Shown here: piece by piece, positions 33,867-47,351 of the stretch | How positions within the stretch are numbered: the stretch's first letter is position 1 | How the letters are laid out: each line of letters opens with the position of its first letter | Assembly (NCBI RefSeq): GCF_009914755.1 | Contig: NC_060939.1 | Source of the DNA: the human T2T-CHM13v2.0 reference genome, Homo sapiens | Strand: one strand, 5' to 3' | Length of the DNA: 64,000 bases | Program-made: the position numbers and the translations under genes | The notes under the pieces: generated by a model | What the model saw: the letters and a program-made list of their open reading frames with translations, nothing else | Told to the model about the DNA's origin: nothing | Databases searched by the model: none

Positions 33867-34914
33867 CCATTCCGTTGGAGCTGGCTTGTCACTTAACCTT
33901 TCTAGGCTTCAGCTTTTCAATAAAAGGAGGAGATTAGACCAATGCACCTTTCAACACTAATTCTCTAGGATTCTCATGTGCAGGTGAACCCTACATAGAG
34001 GTGATGATGGAAATAAAAATATATAGAATTGATCCATTAGCGGGTGAATTTCCCCTTTGTCTTCTGGAATCTATGGATCAGCTCGTTCTCTTTTTACCCA
34101 TATTTAAAACATCCAATTTAGAAATTTTCAGTGCTCTTTAACTTGTATAGTAAATGACATATGCTCTTTGAAAGAGAGTGTAAGCTGAAGTGATGTATAA
34201 GTTAAAGCCTTGACCTTCTTCCTTCAATGTCTTAGCATTAGCATCTAACATGAGATAATACTCTGGTTTGGGCCACTGGTAGCAGCTGTAACCATGGCCC
34301 CAATTCTAACAGGAATTCACCATTGAGTGTTAGATCTATGTTAATGCTACTAGGTGGAGGCCGCATCATTTAGAGAAAAGAAAGCATCTATGTAGAGAAG
34401 AGTGTGTAGTGTTATTCTCTGTATCTAGAAAGTATTTTCTGAATATTTGGGCATGCACGTGAGCACACACAGGCACACATATACTCTCATGTATATATAG
34501 TCAGATGAACAGATGCCACTGGAGATGAGATGTGAGATGTACAGGCCACTAAATGTGAAATGAAAGTAAAGATGTGATGGGAATGCCAAGAGCAAAATAT
34601 AAATGGGAATGTGTGGGTTTTTGATTATTCTCTGCTTTTAGAGTCCAGGGGCTTTGCCTGGGTGGGGGCCTCCTTTACTTCACTGTCCTTTCTGATCCTT
34701 CTTCTCTGTTGGGAGTCATCATTTGGCTTGAAACACTGCAGTGACTTTACCAAGTTCTTAGCAAATTCAGAATATGAAGGTTGTTCATGTAGGCACATGA
34801 TAGGTACACAGCTCAGCTGGAATCCACTGTCACCCAGTTTAATTCATAAGCCATGCTTCTCAGAACTGACACACTTCAACTTTTCTTTGGCTTCTTAGTC
34901 TCTTTTAGACTGGA

Positions 34915-35260
34915 TAGGTTATATCATGCTATATCTCCACCTCTAAATTTCAGAAGCTTAAAATAGCACATTGTATTTTTTGCTTATACCACATGTCCAC
35001 CAGGGACTGGCAAAAAGCCTACTCATTGTAGCTACTTGGAATCTAGCTCATGGAAGCTAAACCAAGCATAGGACTTTATGATTCCAAAGTCAGGCAAACA
35101 AGTATGTGGGGAACTATATCCTGCTGTCTGGAGACCACACATGTCACTTGCACTCATGTATCTTTGGCTAAAGCATGTCACAGAGCCAAGCCTGATGTTC
35201 AAGAAGCAAGCATACTCTTCACCCAGGATTGGGTAGCAATTGTTGATAAACAGCCGTACT
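34915..35260 (-). mobile_element. Old MLT1-type LTR fragment
   Basis: ACACATGTCACTTGCACTCATGTATCTTTGGCTAAAGCATGTCACAGAGCCAAGCCTGA resembles MLT1J/K. Confidence 0.6.
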
Positions 35261-36369
35261 TAACACTCTCTTTCAGTGGCTGGGCTCATCTCTCAAATTA
35301 ATCCTCCACCCCTTCTGTCTTTTTTCAGGAACTTCTCTAAGCCTCCAAATCTGTTTTCAAGATCCTACATCTTGAATCTCTAAACCATTTGGTTTTTAGC
35401 ACATTTTTGGCTCTACAGACTCTCCAAAAGGCCAGAAATGTTTCATATCATAAATTAAAATTTACCCTACCTTTGATGAACTATATCCAATTTGACCCAT
35501 ATTAGAGTGTCTGGGGATCTTAGAGTTTCTTTTGCAAATATCATTTTTAATGGATGCAACAATGCTGGAGCATTCTTACCTAAAAATGAGTTTTATTACA
35601 CACACAAGAATAAATTTCTCTGAGGTGCATATGGGCTCACCAGTACTCCTGATTAGCTGTGCAATCCTGGAAAGACATTTGATTTCTCAGATGAGTGAGA
35701 TGAGGGGTAGCACCATATTTACAAGAATCTTATAGGTCTGTAATTTTTTGATGCTATTATTTCTAGTCTCCCAGAAAGTGCATTAGTTTCCAATATTTGT
35801 AGGAGGGAGTTACAGTTCTTCCTTTTCTGGGTATGCAAATTTGAAGCTCATGATTGAGCATGCTCTGTGGAGAGTGTGTACGGCTGCATTGTGCAGGTAG
35901 GGGAAGCAACTGGCTTCAGAAGCTTGAGTGGAAAACTTCTGAAAAAGTCAAACCAACTGCACAGCCCATGCCCACAAGGGAGCTAATGAGTTACTTGTGC
36001 ATACAGCTGAGGAAATACGCCCACCAGAATTCTTCTGTGTTTGACATAGATCCAGATTATCATCTTTTTGGACTCCTATGGTTAGGACGGAGAGGCAGTG
36101 ACCAAAATAATTTGATTATAGCATCTTAGTAGTTACATGGCTTAACTTATGTTTATTTTTTCTTTCTTCTTTCTTTGACATTTCAGACATAACAATGCCA
36201 GGGACTGTACAGGAACTGTTTCTTTTGATCTCTCTCCAAGACCACTGGTTTCCTTCCTAGGACTTTAGTCTTGGTATCCCTCTCAGTAACAAGAGACTGA
36301 ATTGGAAGTCATTTTGGAATCTACTTGTGGGTCCTCCAATCAGAGAAGCAGACGATATCAGTATGCTTT

Positions 36370-36510
36370 CTTTCATTCACTTATCTACTCATTCAACAAG
36401 CATTCCTTGAACATCTCCTATCTACCAAACTTGGTACTGGACACTGGTGACCCAGACACCAATAAGGCACAGGAGAATTAGCTCCTGCCTTGGAGGTCCT
36501 CACAATCTCA
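36370..36510 (-). mobile_element. L2 3' fragment
   Basis: TCATTCAACAAGCATTCCTTGAAC...CTCCTGCCTTGGAGGTCCTCACAATCT. Confidence 0.6.
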
Positions 36511-36984
36511 TCAAAATATATATGAATAAGGCAAGTTTGTATTATAGGAGAATGACTAGTGCTATAGAACATAGGAGTTAGTGATGTATCTCTTGAGTGA
36601 GCCAGGAAGAGCTACAGAGAGAAGGAGATGCTTGAGAGGGGTCTTAAAGTGAGTGAGATTTTGACAAGGCAGAGAAGTTTAAGAAGGGATTCGAGATTCA
36701 AGCAAAGGAAACAGCTTGGACAAAGGAACAAAAATGAGTAGACATAACTTTTTTGAGAACATCTATTTCTAGCTGCAGGAAATATCCCTGATATATTGAT
36801 CACCTATATTTCCCAAAGATTTCCTTTCCATTTCCTCCACATTTAAAGGTGACCAGGGAGTAAATGTGATGAAAGTTCGATTCAGAGAGGGAGGCTTAAG
36901 TGCCATGGTCATAGGATTGCAGTCAGTCCTTGGGGATCCCTACTATAGGACAGGTAGCAAGAGGACAGGAGCCCAGGCCCACTC

Positions 36985-37200
36985 AGACAGTTGGGAGTTT
37001 GAATCCCTGTCCTGCTACCAGCCATCTGTGTCATCTCAGGCAGGTCTTAACCTCTTTAGGCTTCAGTTTCTTCCTCTATCAAATGGGGATAATAGTACCT
37101 TCCCCAAGGAGTTGCTGTGGGGAGTAACCAACTGAATTAACACACACAAACCTGTGAGAATGGCCCCTGCATACGTTGAGCACTTGATGATTGTCAGGTT
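36985..37200 (+). mobile_element. MIR SINE
   Basis: TTTGAATCCCTGTCCTGCTAC...CTTAACCTCTTTAGGCTTCAGTTTC..AAATGGGGATAATAGTACCT. Confidence 0.8.
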
Positions 37201-37279
37201 TTGTTGTTGCTGTTGTTATAATTCTTGTTTTAACAGTTTCCAAATTATATGTCACTGTAATTATTGAGAGGTAGCTTCA

Positions 37280-37517
37280 TTTTCTTTTCTTTTAATTATT
37301 ATACTTTAAGTTTTAGGGTACATGTGTACAACCTGCAGGTTTGTTACATATGTATACATGTGCCATGTTGGTGTGCTGCACCCATTAACTCGTCATTTAA
37401 CATTAGGTATATCTCCTAATGCTATCCCTCCCCCCTCCCCCCACCCCACAACAGGCGTTGGTGTGTGATGTTCCCCTTCCTGTGTCCATGTGTTCTCATT
37501 GTTCAATTCCCGCCTCT
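37280..37517 (-). mobile_element. Short 5'-truncated young L1PA 3' end
   Basis: TTATTATACTTTAAGTTTTAGGGTACATGTG...GTTCAATTCCC. No clear TSD. Confidence 0.93.
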
Positions 37518-38720
37518 TACAGTCTTAATATTCTGATTTGGAAAGGAAGCCTGGGATAGAGGAAGTTTTAATCAATTTTCTGTTAACTAATTTTTGTTGA
37601 GTATTTTCTTATGAGCAAGACTCTATATTAGTTACTGAAATAGTAAATTATCGTGGAGAGAATGCTGGGAAACTTGGTTGAAGAATAGCTTTATAGCTTG
37701 TTTAAGCATCAGTGTCAATGCCGTTTTCAGAGGATAATAAGTGTATCCTGCTGGAGTGGAGATTTGTTTTTCGTTTTTTGTTGTTGTTGTTGCTGTTTGC
37801 ATGTTTCTTGTCCTCTCCTTTTTCTTCAAGTGCATATCTTGCATTTATTTAGATAAATTATTCCTTTCTCCAATCTTGCAATTATTTTGAGCCTGTGGGA
37901 TTTATAAACATTGACATGGAAAAGGAATGCCGCCTCCCCTCTTCTACTCCCTCTCCCCAGAAAGCCAAAGAAAACAGGAAAGAATGTGGGCAACACTCGA
38001 GCAGAAATGAGAGACAGAAGAAATTGACTATTGAACTATTAGAGGCATCAAATCCCTCATACTCCTCTTTGAGCCCACCACATCTGCCTTGGATTATTCT
38101 TTGATTCTCTGAGCAAACCCAATGTTCTACTAAGTTTTCATTTCTAGATAAGCTCCATCAGGTTGGGCTTCTGTCACTTGCAACCAAAGGAGCCTGCCTG
38201 CCTTGCAGCATTATCGTGTCTGTCAGATAAGACGCGGTACACAGAGTTCTTTGAAAACCTAAAGCACCACAACAAATGCTAGCTGTAATTAAAAGAACTG
38301 TGAAATATAGTTTATTCCCTTGCAGGAGCAATAAGGTATTCTGTGCTGCCAGTGTTGTTAATTATTTAAGAATAGAAGTGACAACTGCACAGTCTAAGTA
38401 ATTGGGTTCAGTGTCTGGAGAGTACTGTACATTGAGATAAGTTTGGAAGGCCTTAGGGAAAAGGTAGGATTTGAGCCAGGCCTTAAGTATAATCATAATG
38501 CTGATCAAAGTAAGAGAAGGGCTTTCTAGGCATGGAGGATACTGTGGGCCAAAGAACCATTGGTTACCTCATTAACAAGTATTTACTGGCCTGCTATGGG
38601 TTGAACATAGAGAAGTTCAAAGCTTGAAGAGGTCTTGGAATCTTCTCCAGCTACTTGTAAAAGCCGCTTAAATGATAGAATACTGAAAAGAATCTGCAGT
38701 ATTAAAAAAAGAAGCCAGCA

Positions 38721-40005
38721 GAAAAACAAGAAATGGGGAAAGGATTTGCTATTTAATAAATGGTGCTGGGAAAACTGGCTTGCCGTATGTAGAAAGCTGA
38801 AACTGGATCCCTTCCTTACACCTTATACAAAAATTAATTCAAGATGGATTAAAGACTTAAACGTTGGACCTAAAACCATAAAAACCCTAGAGGAAAACCT
38901 AGGCAATACCATTCAGGACATAGGCATGAGCAAGGACTTCATGACTAAAACATCAAAAGCAATGACAACAGAAGCCAAAATAGACAAATGGGATCTAATT
39001 AAACTAAAGAGCTTCTGCACAGTGAAAGAAACTACCATCAGAGTGAACAGGCAACCTACAGAATGGGAGAAAATTTTTGCAATCTACCCATCTGACAAAG
39101 GGGTAATATCCAGAATCTACAAAGAATTTAAACAAATTTACAAGAAGAAAACAAACAACCCCATCAAAAAGTGGGTGAAGGATATGAACAGACAGTTCTC
39201 AAAAGAAGACATTTATGCAGCCAACAGACACATGAAAAAATGCTCATTACTGGTCAGCAGAGAAATGCAAATCAAAACCACAATGAGATACCATCTCATG
39301 CCGGTTAAAATGGTGATCATTAAAAAGTCAGGAAACAACAGGTGCTGAAGAGGATGTGGAGAAATAGGAATGATTTTACACTGTTGGTGGGAGTGTAAAT
39401 TAGTTCAATCATTGTGGAAGACAGTGTGGCAATTCCTCAAGGATCTAGAACTACAAATACCATTTGACCCAGCCATCCCATTACTGGGTATTTACCCAAA
39501 GGATTATAAATCATGCTACTATAAAGACACATGCTCACATATGTTTATTGCAACACTGTTCACAATAGCAAAGACTTGGAACCAACCCAAATGTCCATCA
39601 ATGATAGACTGGATTAAGAAAATGTGGTACATATACACCATGGAATACTATGCAGCAATAAAAAAGGATGAGTTCATGTCCTTTGCAGGGACATGGTTGA
39701 AGCTGGAAACCATCATTATCAGCAGACTATCACAAGGACAGAAAACCAAACACCGCATGTTCTCACTCACAAGTGGGAATTGAACAATGAGAACACTTGG
39801 AAGCAGGAAGGGGAACATAACACACCAGGGCCTGTCATGGGGTGGGGGGCTGGGGGAGAGGGATAGCATTAGGAGAAATATCTAATGTAAATGACAAGTT
39901 GATGGGTGCAGCAAAGCAACATGGCACATGTATACATATGTAACAAACCTGCACATTGTGCACATGTACCCTAGAACTTACAGTATGTATATAAAAAAAA
40001 AAAAA
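38721..40005 (+). mobile_element. 5'-truncated L1PA (about 1.3 kb; ORF2 C-terminus, 3'UTR and poly-A)
   Basis: [19 protein letters not shown]...SGN stop at 39783. Poly-A is at 39993-40005. An imperfect TSD includes CAGCAGA. Confidence 0.95.
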
Positions 40006-40427
40006 CAGCAGAGCACATTTCACATTGCTGTGGGTCCTCTCTTGTATTGCAAGACTTTCCTTCTTCCTAGTAGCATTTTTGAGACTTCCTTGATGTTTGA
40101 GCCAGGTTGGTCTCATCAGTGCATTTTTTATTCCCTTTCTTTGGAAGTGAGTAGAAATGGCCAATTCAGATGAAAGCTGTCACCCTCTGCAGGGTCCTTT
40201 CTTGATTCTATGGCTGCTATCACTTTTTCCCACTCTCTGGTTTCTGGCCTTTCCCAGTTCACAACATCTTCTGAAGCCACACTTGTGGTGAAGTCTTGGG
40301 GCTGGAAATGGAAATTTTTCTCCCTGAGAAGCCTGAGGCTGTTATTGTTAAGTAGCTGCAGATTTTCAAAACTTTGAGGATCCAGGACAACAATAGTGCA
40401 CATTGTTTTCCCTGTTATTTCTTAAAA

Positions 40428-40590
40428 AAATTTATTGTTACATAATAATTTTACATATTTATGGGGTACGTGTGATATTTTGATACATGCATACATGTGT
40501 AATGGTGAAATCAGGGTGTTTAAGGTTTCCATCCCCTTGAACATTTACCATTTCTTTGTGTTGGAAACATTTCAAATCTTCTATCATTAG
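40428..40590 (-). mobile_element. L1MA-type 3' end fragment
   Basis: TACATATTTATGGGGTACGTGTGATATTTTGATACATGCATAC...GGAAACATTTCAAATCTTCT. Confidence 0.8.
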
Positions 40591-42059
40591 ACTCTGTCTC
40601 AACAGCTCATATTTTCTGCCCTTCAGTCCAAGAAATGTATGAGAATAGTTGTCAAGTTCACTCACCGTAAGGGAAAAGAACATCAAAACCTTAGTTTCCT
40701 CGTCTACAAAATGGGATTATAACATGTAAGTTTACAAGGCTATCATAAGAATTAAAATAACGAATGTGGAGTCACTCTACGGAAACATACCAATAATAAT
40801 AAAAGCAGTTTAGAAGTATGCAGAAAGTAGAGTTATTCTCCATGACCTTGCACTCCGTGCCCTAGTTCTGTCCTCCTCCGGTTATCTTCAGGATCCTCTA
40901 GATTCTTCATGATGTATGGGCTCTTATTAATTCTAGTGCCTGACAGGAAATTGAGGCTGACAGTTTAGTAACTTGCTGGGTGTTAGCACTTTTTATCTTA
41001 CACTCCTGCCAAACATATGGTAAAGGCGATTACTACCAGAGAGAAGACTGAGCGTCAGGGTGGTAAGTGGCATGAGGCAGCCATGTGTGAGACATGTCCC
41101 CTGTGGATATGGGTAAATTGGGTCCTGCAAAGTACCTGGATCTAGAGAGAACCATGCTGGAAGGAAAGTCTTGCTTCTGATGGCAGAGTCAATCAAGCAG
41201 GGCCAGCCTGATGACCAAAAGACGTGAAGGACAGGGAGCGTCTGGCAGATTCAAGAAGGGAGCAGAGTGCTGCGTGCCACCTGTAGCTTCTTTCCGTGCT
41301 TTCTAATCCATCATCTTGTCTTTGAAAGTATCTCCTGGGGAGAGGCCCTTTGGCAAGAAGGCAAGCTGGGCCTGTTCTCATCTTTTCCTCTATTCTCATC
41401 CCAGTTGGAAATAAATACCTCAAAGCTGGTTGACTTTCCAGCAGGTCCAATTTGTTTCAAAGTCCATTTTCAGTCAATTTCATCGGCACATTCTTCCAGG
41501 AAAGATGAAACTATTCCATGGAAATGGCTGCTGGGGGTATGGCCTGTGGACAGAAATAGTTGAGGTTATTGCCTTATGGAGCGTAAGCTTCAGAAATGCT
41601 TGTAGAGGTCAAAGAGGTGCCTCCCTTCTCTTTTAAGAAATGAGAACACTAAGGCCACAATGGGCAGGCAACTTGCCCAGCGTGTCACTTGCAGGTGTCC
41701 TGCCTTTCGAAGTCTCCTAAAGGGAACGAGGGAGTATCAAAGACCCACTGCTTCAGGGAAAGAAATGAGATGACAGAGCTGGTCAGCTGCAACCGATCTT
41801 ACCAAAGGTTGGGTTAAGAAAGTGGGAGTGCATAAGCCAGGGCAAGACAGATTTCTCGGAAATCGAGAAACAACAGAGTAATACCCAAACAGGGACTTGG
41901 AGCAAACGAATCAAAATCAAGAGCCAATACTAGATGGGGACATAGTGATGCTAAGAACAGCTGAGAATGATTTAGGATCAGCATGGTGAAAAACAAGCTA
42001 TCTTCAAGTTAATAAAATCAAACAGGAGTTCTAAGAAGTGAAGGCAGCCTCTGGATTCT

Positions 42060-42520
42060 TTATTGCCTTCCCATTATAGGGAAGGCCTCCACAACCTGGC
42101 CCAGTGGATGTTTTCTGTAGTCCCTGTTGACTTACTCAAATGCAACCACTTCCAGCTCATCAGATCTATGCCCTGTGTCCTCTGCCTCTGGAGCTTTCCT
42201 CAGGCTGTCCTCTCTGCATGGAATGCTGTTTCCCCTTCTCTGGTCCAGCCGAATTCTACATATCCTTCAAAGACCAGTTCAGTTCCCGCATCTCCATGAA
42301 ACCTTCCATACACACTGGCTGAAAGCATTCTCCCTGTTTGCTGGTCTCCAGTTACACTGTTGCCTCCTCCTATCTTATACACAATTAGAGTGATCTGTGT
42401 GCAGGCATTCTAGGACTAGCTTCTCCTGCTTTTTGGAAAGTCCATGAGTCCATCTATAACCCACAGGGACCTTACCTGTGTGCCTCACGCATAGTAGGTG
42501 CTTAAAAAATATTTGCCAAA
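42060..42520 (+). mobile_element. L2 3' fragment
   Basis: GCTGTCCTCTCTGCATGGAATGCT...CATAGTAGGTGCTTAAAAAATATTTG. Confidence 0.65.
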
Positions 42521-43079
42521 AAAGTGGTCATCTAGAGGGGTACACATGAGAGTATCAGCATCATACTTGGCTTCAGCCAGATTCTCACTAGGGGCATCAT
42601 GTCCCTAAGTAAGGAGAAATGTGGAGAAGATGAGAGCATTCAGAAGAGAGCCACAGAGGTAACACATTTAAAAATAGGCTAAATAAAGTCATATTAAAGG
42701 AAAGTAAAGCTTAGGACTTTTCCTGGGAAGTGAGGCACATTCGTTAATCTTTCTCCAGGCCTATAAAGGGCTTTTGCCCAGAGAAATGACAGCAGCTGCT
42801 TTTCATCCCTGATTAAATCAGATCAGTTGGAAATTAAACAGAAACATCGTTCAGATCACAAACAGGGAAAATATTTCTGAGAGAGGGTGATTAAACTCTC
42901 AGAGGAGTTACCATAGGGATTTGTAGACTTTAGGTCTCCACAGGATTATTAAACAGATTCCTGTGTGTCAAGGCCAGTTTAGTGGCTCCCTCTGGAATGA
43001 ATGCCATGGAATGAACTTGACAATCTGTTCTCTCACACCTCCCTGCGCTGGCCAGGTGTCGGCCCTAGGTGTCACTGGC

Positions 43080-43113
43080 GGTCAGTTCCAGGCTGTTCCA
43101 GCAGGGGGCGGCC
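43080..43113 (+). promoter_or_regulatory. Candidate CTCF binding site (core plus possible upstream motif)
   Basis: CCAGCAGGGGGCGG at 43098-43111 fits CCASYAGRKGGCRS exactly. GGTCAGTTCC at 43080-43089 resembles the upstream (ZF9-11) motif. Confidence 0.6.
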
Positions 43114-45349
43114 ACGCACAGTGAAAGCCCATAGGTACAGCCGGCCAGAATGGTTCGAAAGAGTGAATCTACCAGGTTTGTGAGTGGACCAGGGACCCAG
43201 GTGTGAGGTGTGCAAAGAAGAGTAAGCACTTTCCATGGGCACGCCCAGGAAGCCACCACAGATCCTCTCACTTTCTCCACGCCCCCCTGGGTGTTAAGAA
43301 CAGAAAGTGCACTTGGTAACTTGGAAAAACCCTCTCTCTGCATTGAGGCACAGTCATTTCCAAAAAGTCCCCAGAGCCTGTGCTCAGAGAATCGGGTGGT
43401 GTGCTGAGACTTCTTTGGATCTGCTTCTGCAACCCAAGCATGGTGCATAAAACTTTATCGAAAGAAAAAAAGGCAAAATGAAAAACAATTGGTGAAGAGG
43501 AATAATGGCATAGGTAACTCAGAAGAGTAGTGTCACTTCCATTTGATTTTAAAGATATATACACACAGGCACACAGGGCATCTGCCTGCCTGCTGTGTTC
43601 CCAAGTCTCCTTCTGAGGAATGCTGCTCTGGTGCATGGCGTTTCCTTGTGCTGTGTCTGGTAATTTGCTGGCTCCGCTGCCACCCAACAGGCCGGGCATT
43701 GGTGGCTCAGCTGCAGGCAGCCTCTACGGGCTCCGTGGAGGTGGCCCCTGCCTGTGAAGTGGGCAAGTCTAACAGCACCTCCCAATCGGGATGCCGCAGA
43801 TTAAATGGGACAACCAATCAGATTAGACCCCCTCCCAGGGACGGTGCTGGGATGAGATTTACCAGTCAGGCAGTAGGCAGTTGCTGCAGTCTCCTGAATG
43901 AATAAAGCCTGCTTTTATCCCAGTCTTAGAGGTTGTTGGGCCCTGCAGTCCCCTGGTCTGCTGAAAAGGCTTTCTTTGTGTTCTTGCTTCCCATCTAACT
44001 GTACAGCATCTTTCCATCGCCTCAGTGACCCAAGTACCTCTCTCCTGTTCAACCTGTCAGTGTACAATAAACACCCCGAGATTCCCCTTTCCTGCCACCC
44101 CCACTCCCTGGCAGAGGAGGTTTTGAATTGTTTTAATTTTGCATCCCCTTGAAGAAAGAGTTCAGCTCAAAAAATCTAGGTAGCTGGACCCCTAGAAATC
44201 ACAATTGTGCTGTGTTGAAAAGATGCAACAGACATGAGCCCTGAGGTGAAGGAAGAATTACTGCACTTTTCATGTGGCTCCACATTTCGGCTAAGTTTGA
44301 GACAACTTTTCTTTTGCTGGTTTTCTGTATCTCTCTGCTTTCTTTGCGCACCCCATGCTCAGGGTTGTTTGTTTTGTGTCGGTGGTATGTCTTCAATCCG
44401 ACTTCATTCTGACATCCTTTAGATTAGGAATTACGATTTATCCAGGATTGGTTTTATTATTACAGTGAAGGCCCACTAGGTTCAGTCAACTGAAAACTGG
44501 TGGCATTCTTCCCAGCAAAAGAGAAGGTTAGCCTGGATGTCTTTCTGTGAAAGACAAGGGGTTTTTAACTCTGAGATTGAACCAAGATGTTGATAGATTG
44601 GAAGATGGAGGTGGAAAGATGGAATGCAGCCAGGGGTGGATATCCTTAACGTAGTCCCGGCTTTGAAAATGCAGTGCTTTCTTTGGGATTATTTCAGATG
44701 TCAAACGCAGCAGGGTTGACATCAGTACACAGCAGGCCATGGATTATGGCTGCCTCTAATGACTGTGTTCCACTGTGTTTATTGTTCTGGATGTTAATAT
44801 ATAGAGTAAATGATAGTCCTTTAATTGAAGGTTGGAAATGCCCCATACCAAGGCGCCTGGGTGGACACATCATTAACCACTGAAGTGAAACCCAAGACAC
44901 TTGCTGGCCAGGAAATTATAGCCACGGAGACCATCTTCCTATTTGTGTATATGGTATGTGTGAGAGAGAGCGGGCCCAGCAACTGGCCTGCACCTTATTG
45001 GCAGTTCTTGATTTTACTGGGAGGAGAAAAACATCATTTAGAAACTAGCAAGAGCACATTAGTTCCACAGGAAATCTCAGCTAATCAGAACTTGAATGGA
45101 GCATATTTCTACCCAGCGTATGAGCACAGGAGAGGAGAGAGGGGTCAGCTCTCTGCCTTTCTTTTTAGACGTTTTTGAAGTGGCTCTTCAAAAACTTTCT
45201 CCAGTTTAATTGTAGAAACAATTTATGATGCCTCAGTAATAGAGGTTGAATTTAAAAATTCCTTATAATTATTCAGACTGTAACTCCTGAGAGAAGTCTT
45301 GACAAAGTATCAGACCATAAATTGGCCCTAATTGTTTCTATGGAAAGGT

Positions 45350-45840
45350 ATAATCATTCCCTGTTGCTTCTATAACAAATTACCCCAAGCTCAGTGGCTC
45401 AAAAGGACACAGATTTATTACCTTATAGCTCTGGAGGTCAGGAGTCTGAAATGGGTCTCACTGGGCTAAAACTAACCATTCTTTTTGGAGGGTGCAGGGG
45501 AAAATCTGTTTCTTTACCTTTTCCAGCTTCTAGAGGCCACCCGCACCCTATGGCTTTGGGCCCCAGCCCCCCAGCAATTGGATCACTCTGATCTCTGCTT
45601 CTGCTTTCACACTTCCTTCCCTGACCCTCCTGCCTCCCTCTTTCAGTGACAAAGACCCCTGTGATTGCACGGGCCCATTGGATAATGCCGCATAGTCTCC
45701 CCATCTCTAGGCCAGCTAACGAACAACCTTAGTTCCATCTGCAGTCTCCATTCCCGCATGCCATATAACATATATTCACAGGTTCTGGGAATGAAGACAT
45801 GGACATCTTTGGGGTGGGGGCATAATTCTGTCTGCTGCAT
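45350..45840 (-). mobile_element. MLT1 (MaLR) solo LTR
   Basis: TATAACAAATTACCCC..CTCTGGAGGTCAGGAGTCTGAAATGGGTCTCACTGGGCTAAA..CATATTCACAGGTTCTGGG..GGACATCTTTGGGG. Confidence 0.88.
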
Positions 45841-45974
45841 GAAGTACTAGGTTAGCTAGGTTCCATGGAACTATAAACCAGGCTAGAAGATAAGGACTAT
45901 TGATGGGGAGGTACAATAATGATAAAAGGCAGCTTCATATGTCCTAAGATCAAAAGAATCACAGAAATCAGGGG

Positions 45975-46219
45975 CATGATAGCTTACTTAAGAACACATG
46001 CTTTGGGCTTGGGCAGAAGAGGGCTGACTCCTAACTCTGTCCCTGCTGGCTGTGGGATTTTTGATAGAATATTCAATCGTGCTAATAGTTTCCTTTATTA
46101 TAAAATGGAGGTAATAATGTGTACCACATGGGATGTTGTAAAATTTAAGTATGAAAATACAAATGAAATGTGCATGGTGGTGCCTGGCACTTAGTGAGTG
46201 TTCAGTAAGTGGTAGCTAT
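45975..46219 (+). mobile_element. MIR SINE
   Basis: TAAAATGGAGGTAATAAT...GTGCCTGGCACTTAGTGAGTGTTCAGTAAGTGGTAGCTAT. Confidence 0.75.
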
Positions 46220-46259
46220 CAATGGTAAAAACCACAATTACTTTTGCATCAACCTAATA
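46220..46259 (+). mobile_element. Half MADE1 (Hsmar1-derived MITE), single arm
   Basis: CAATGGTAAAAACCACAATTACTTTTGCATCAACCTAATA matches the right half of MADE1 followed by TA. Confidence 0.85.
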
Positions 46260-47351
46260 CATGTTAGGAAGCGTCCCTTCTTTTACCTGACTCCTTGTGA
46301 GTCATGGCAGGGATGGTGAGGGTCTGTGCTTTTTAAAAATCAAAACAAATACATAAAATTAAGCATATAAAATTAAGACTTTTATTTAAAGGCAGGAGAG
46401 CCAACACTTTATATTGTCTTGGGAAAGAGCTTTTTAGTCCTTTGTGACCTAGTATTACTATCACCCTCAGGCATGTGGGTCTGGCACTGTGCTGGGTGCT
46501 GGAGGGGGATAAGTCATGGTCCCTGGTCTCAAGGCTAGTGTAGTGACCGGCCATACAGATGCCCCAGCTGACAGCTAAGGAAGCATGAAAGAATTGAGGC
46601 AAGAGATACTGAAGAGAGAGATGACCTGGATGGGGGGCAGTAGGAGAAAGTTTCAGAAGAGTTAGGACTCAAATTGGGCATTGAAGGAAGACAGACGCTG
46701 GGAAATGTAGAGAGGGCATTTTAGGCAGTGGATTTGGGATAACTCACATGAACAAAAATGCCAGAGTAGCTTCATGTTTAAGAGGTGGGGCAGATGTTTT
46801 AGGTAGGTAAGTTGTGGAGTGGGAATCTGTAGAGGTGGAATGGAATTGGATTAAAGAGTGCGTTTTTCAATCTAAGTAGACTTACGCTTCTGTATCTTAT
46901 TCAACTTTGTGTGGCACATAGTGGGTATTCAATACCATTTATTTTTGTTTCATCCTGACCTTAAATTCAACCTAATTCTCTAGACAGTGAGGGACCACAG
47001 AAAGACAAGATGCGACGTACAAAGTGGCATTGTCAGACCAAACCAATAGAGAGTGAGATTGGCTAGAACAAGAAAAAACTAGAAGCAAGACCAATTAGGA
47101 CACATTTCCAATGTCCAGCAAATGAAATAGAGGCCTGATGATAGCGGGGATGAAAAGTAAGGATTGGCAAGACTAAATAGAAATCTCAGACATGTTAACT
47201 GTAAGATTCAGAAGTGACCTGGATGTATTAATATCATGTGCAGGGACCATGGGGCAGTTGTGTAGAGTGGTGATAGTGTAGCTGTGGATGGAACAATAGC
47301 ATTGATTCCTGAGGTCCAAGAAGAAATAGGGTATCAAAACCTAAGAGGAAT

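Noticed and set aside
38635-39348. Apparent chimeric ORF of unique N-terminus plus L1 ORF2
   Set aside because: It starts at TTG rather than ATG and has no promoter or splice evidence. It is a chance open frame upstream of a truncated L1.
43001-45178. Cluster of overlapping 60-143 aa ORFs
   Set aside because: No recognisable domains, they overlap on both strands, and higher GC content explains them.
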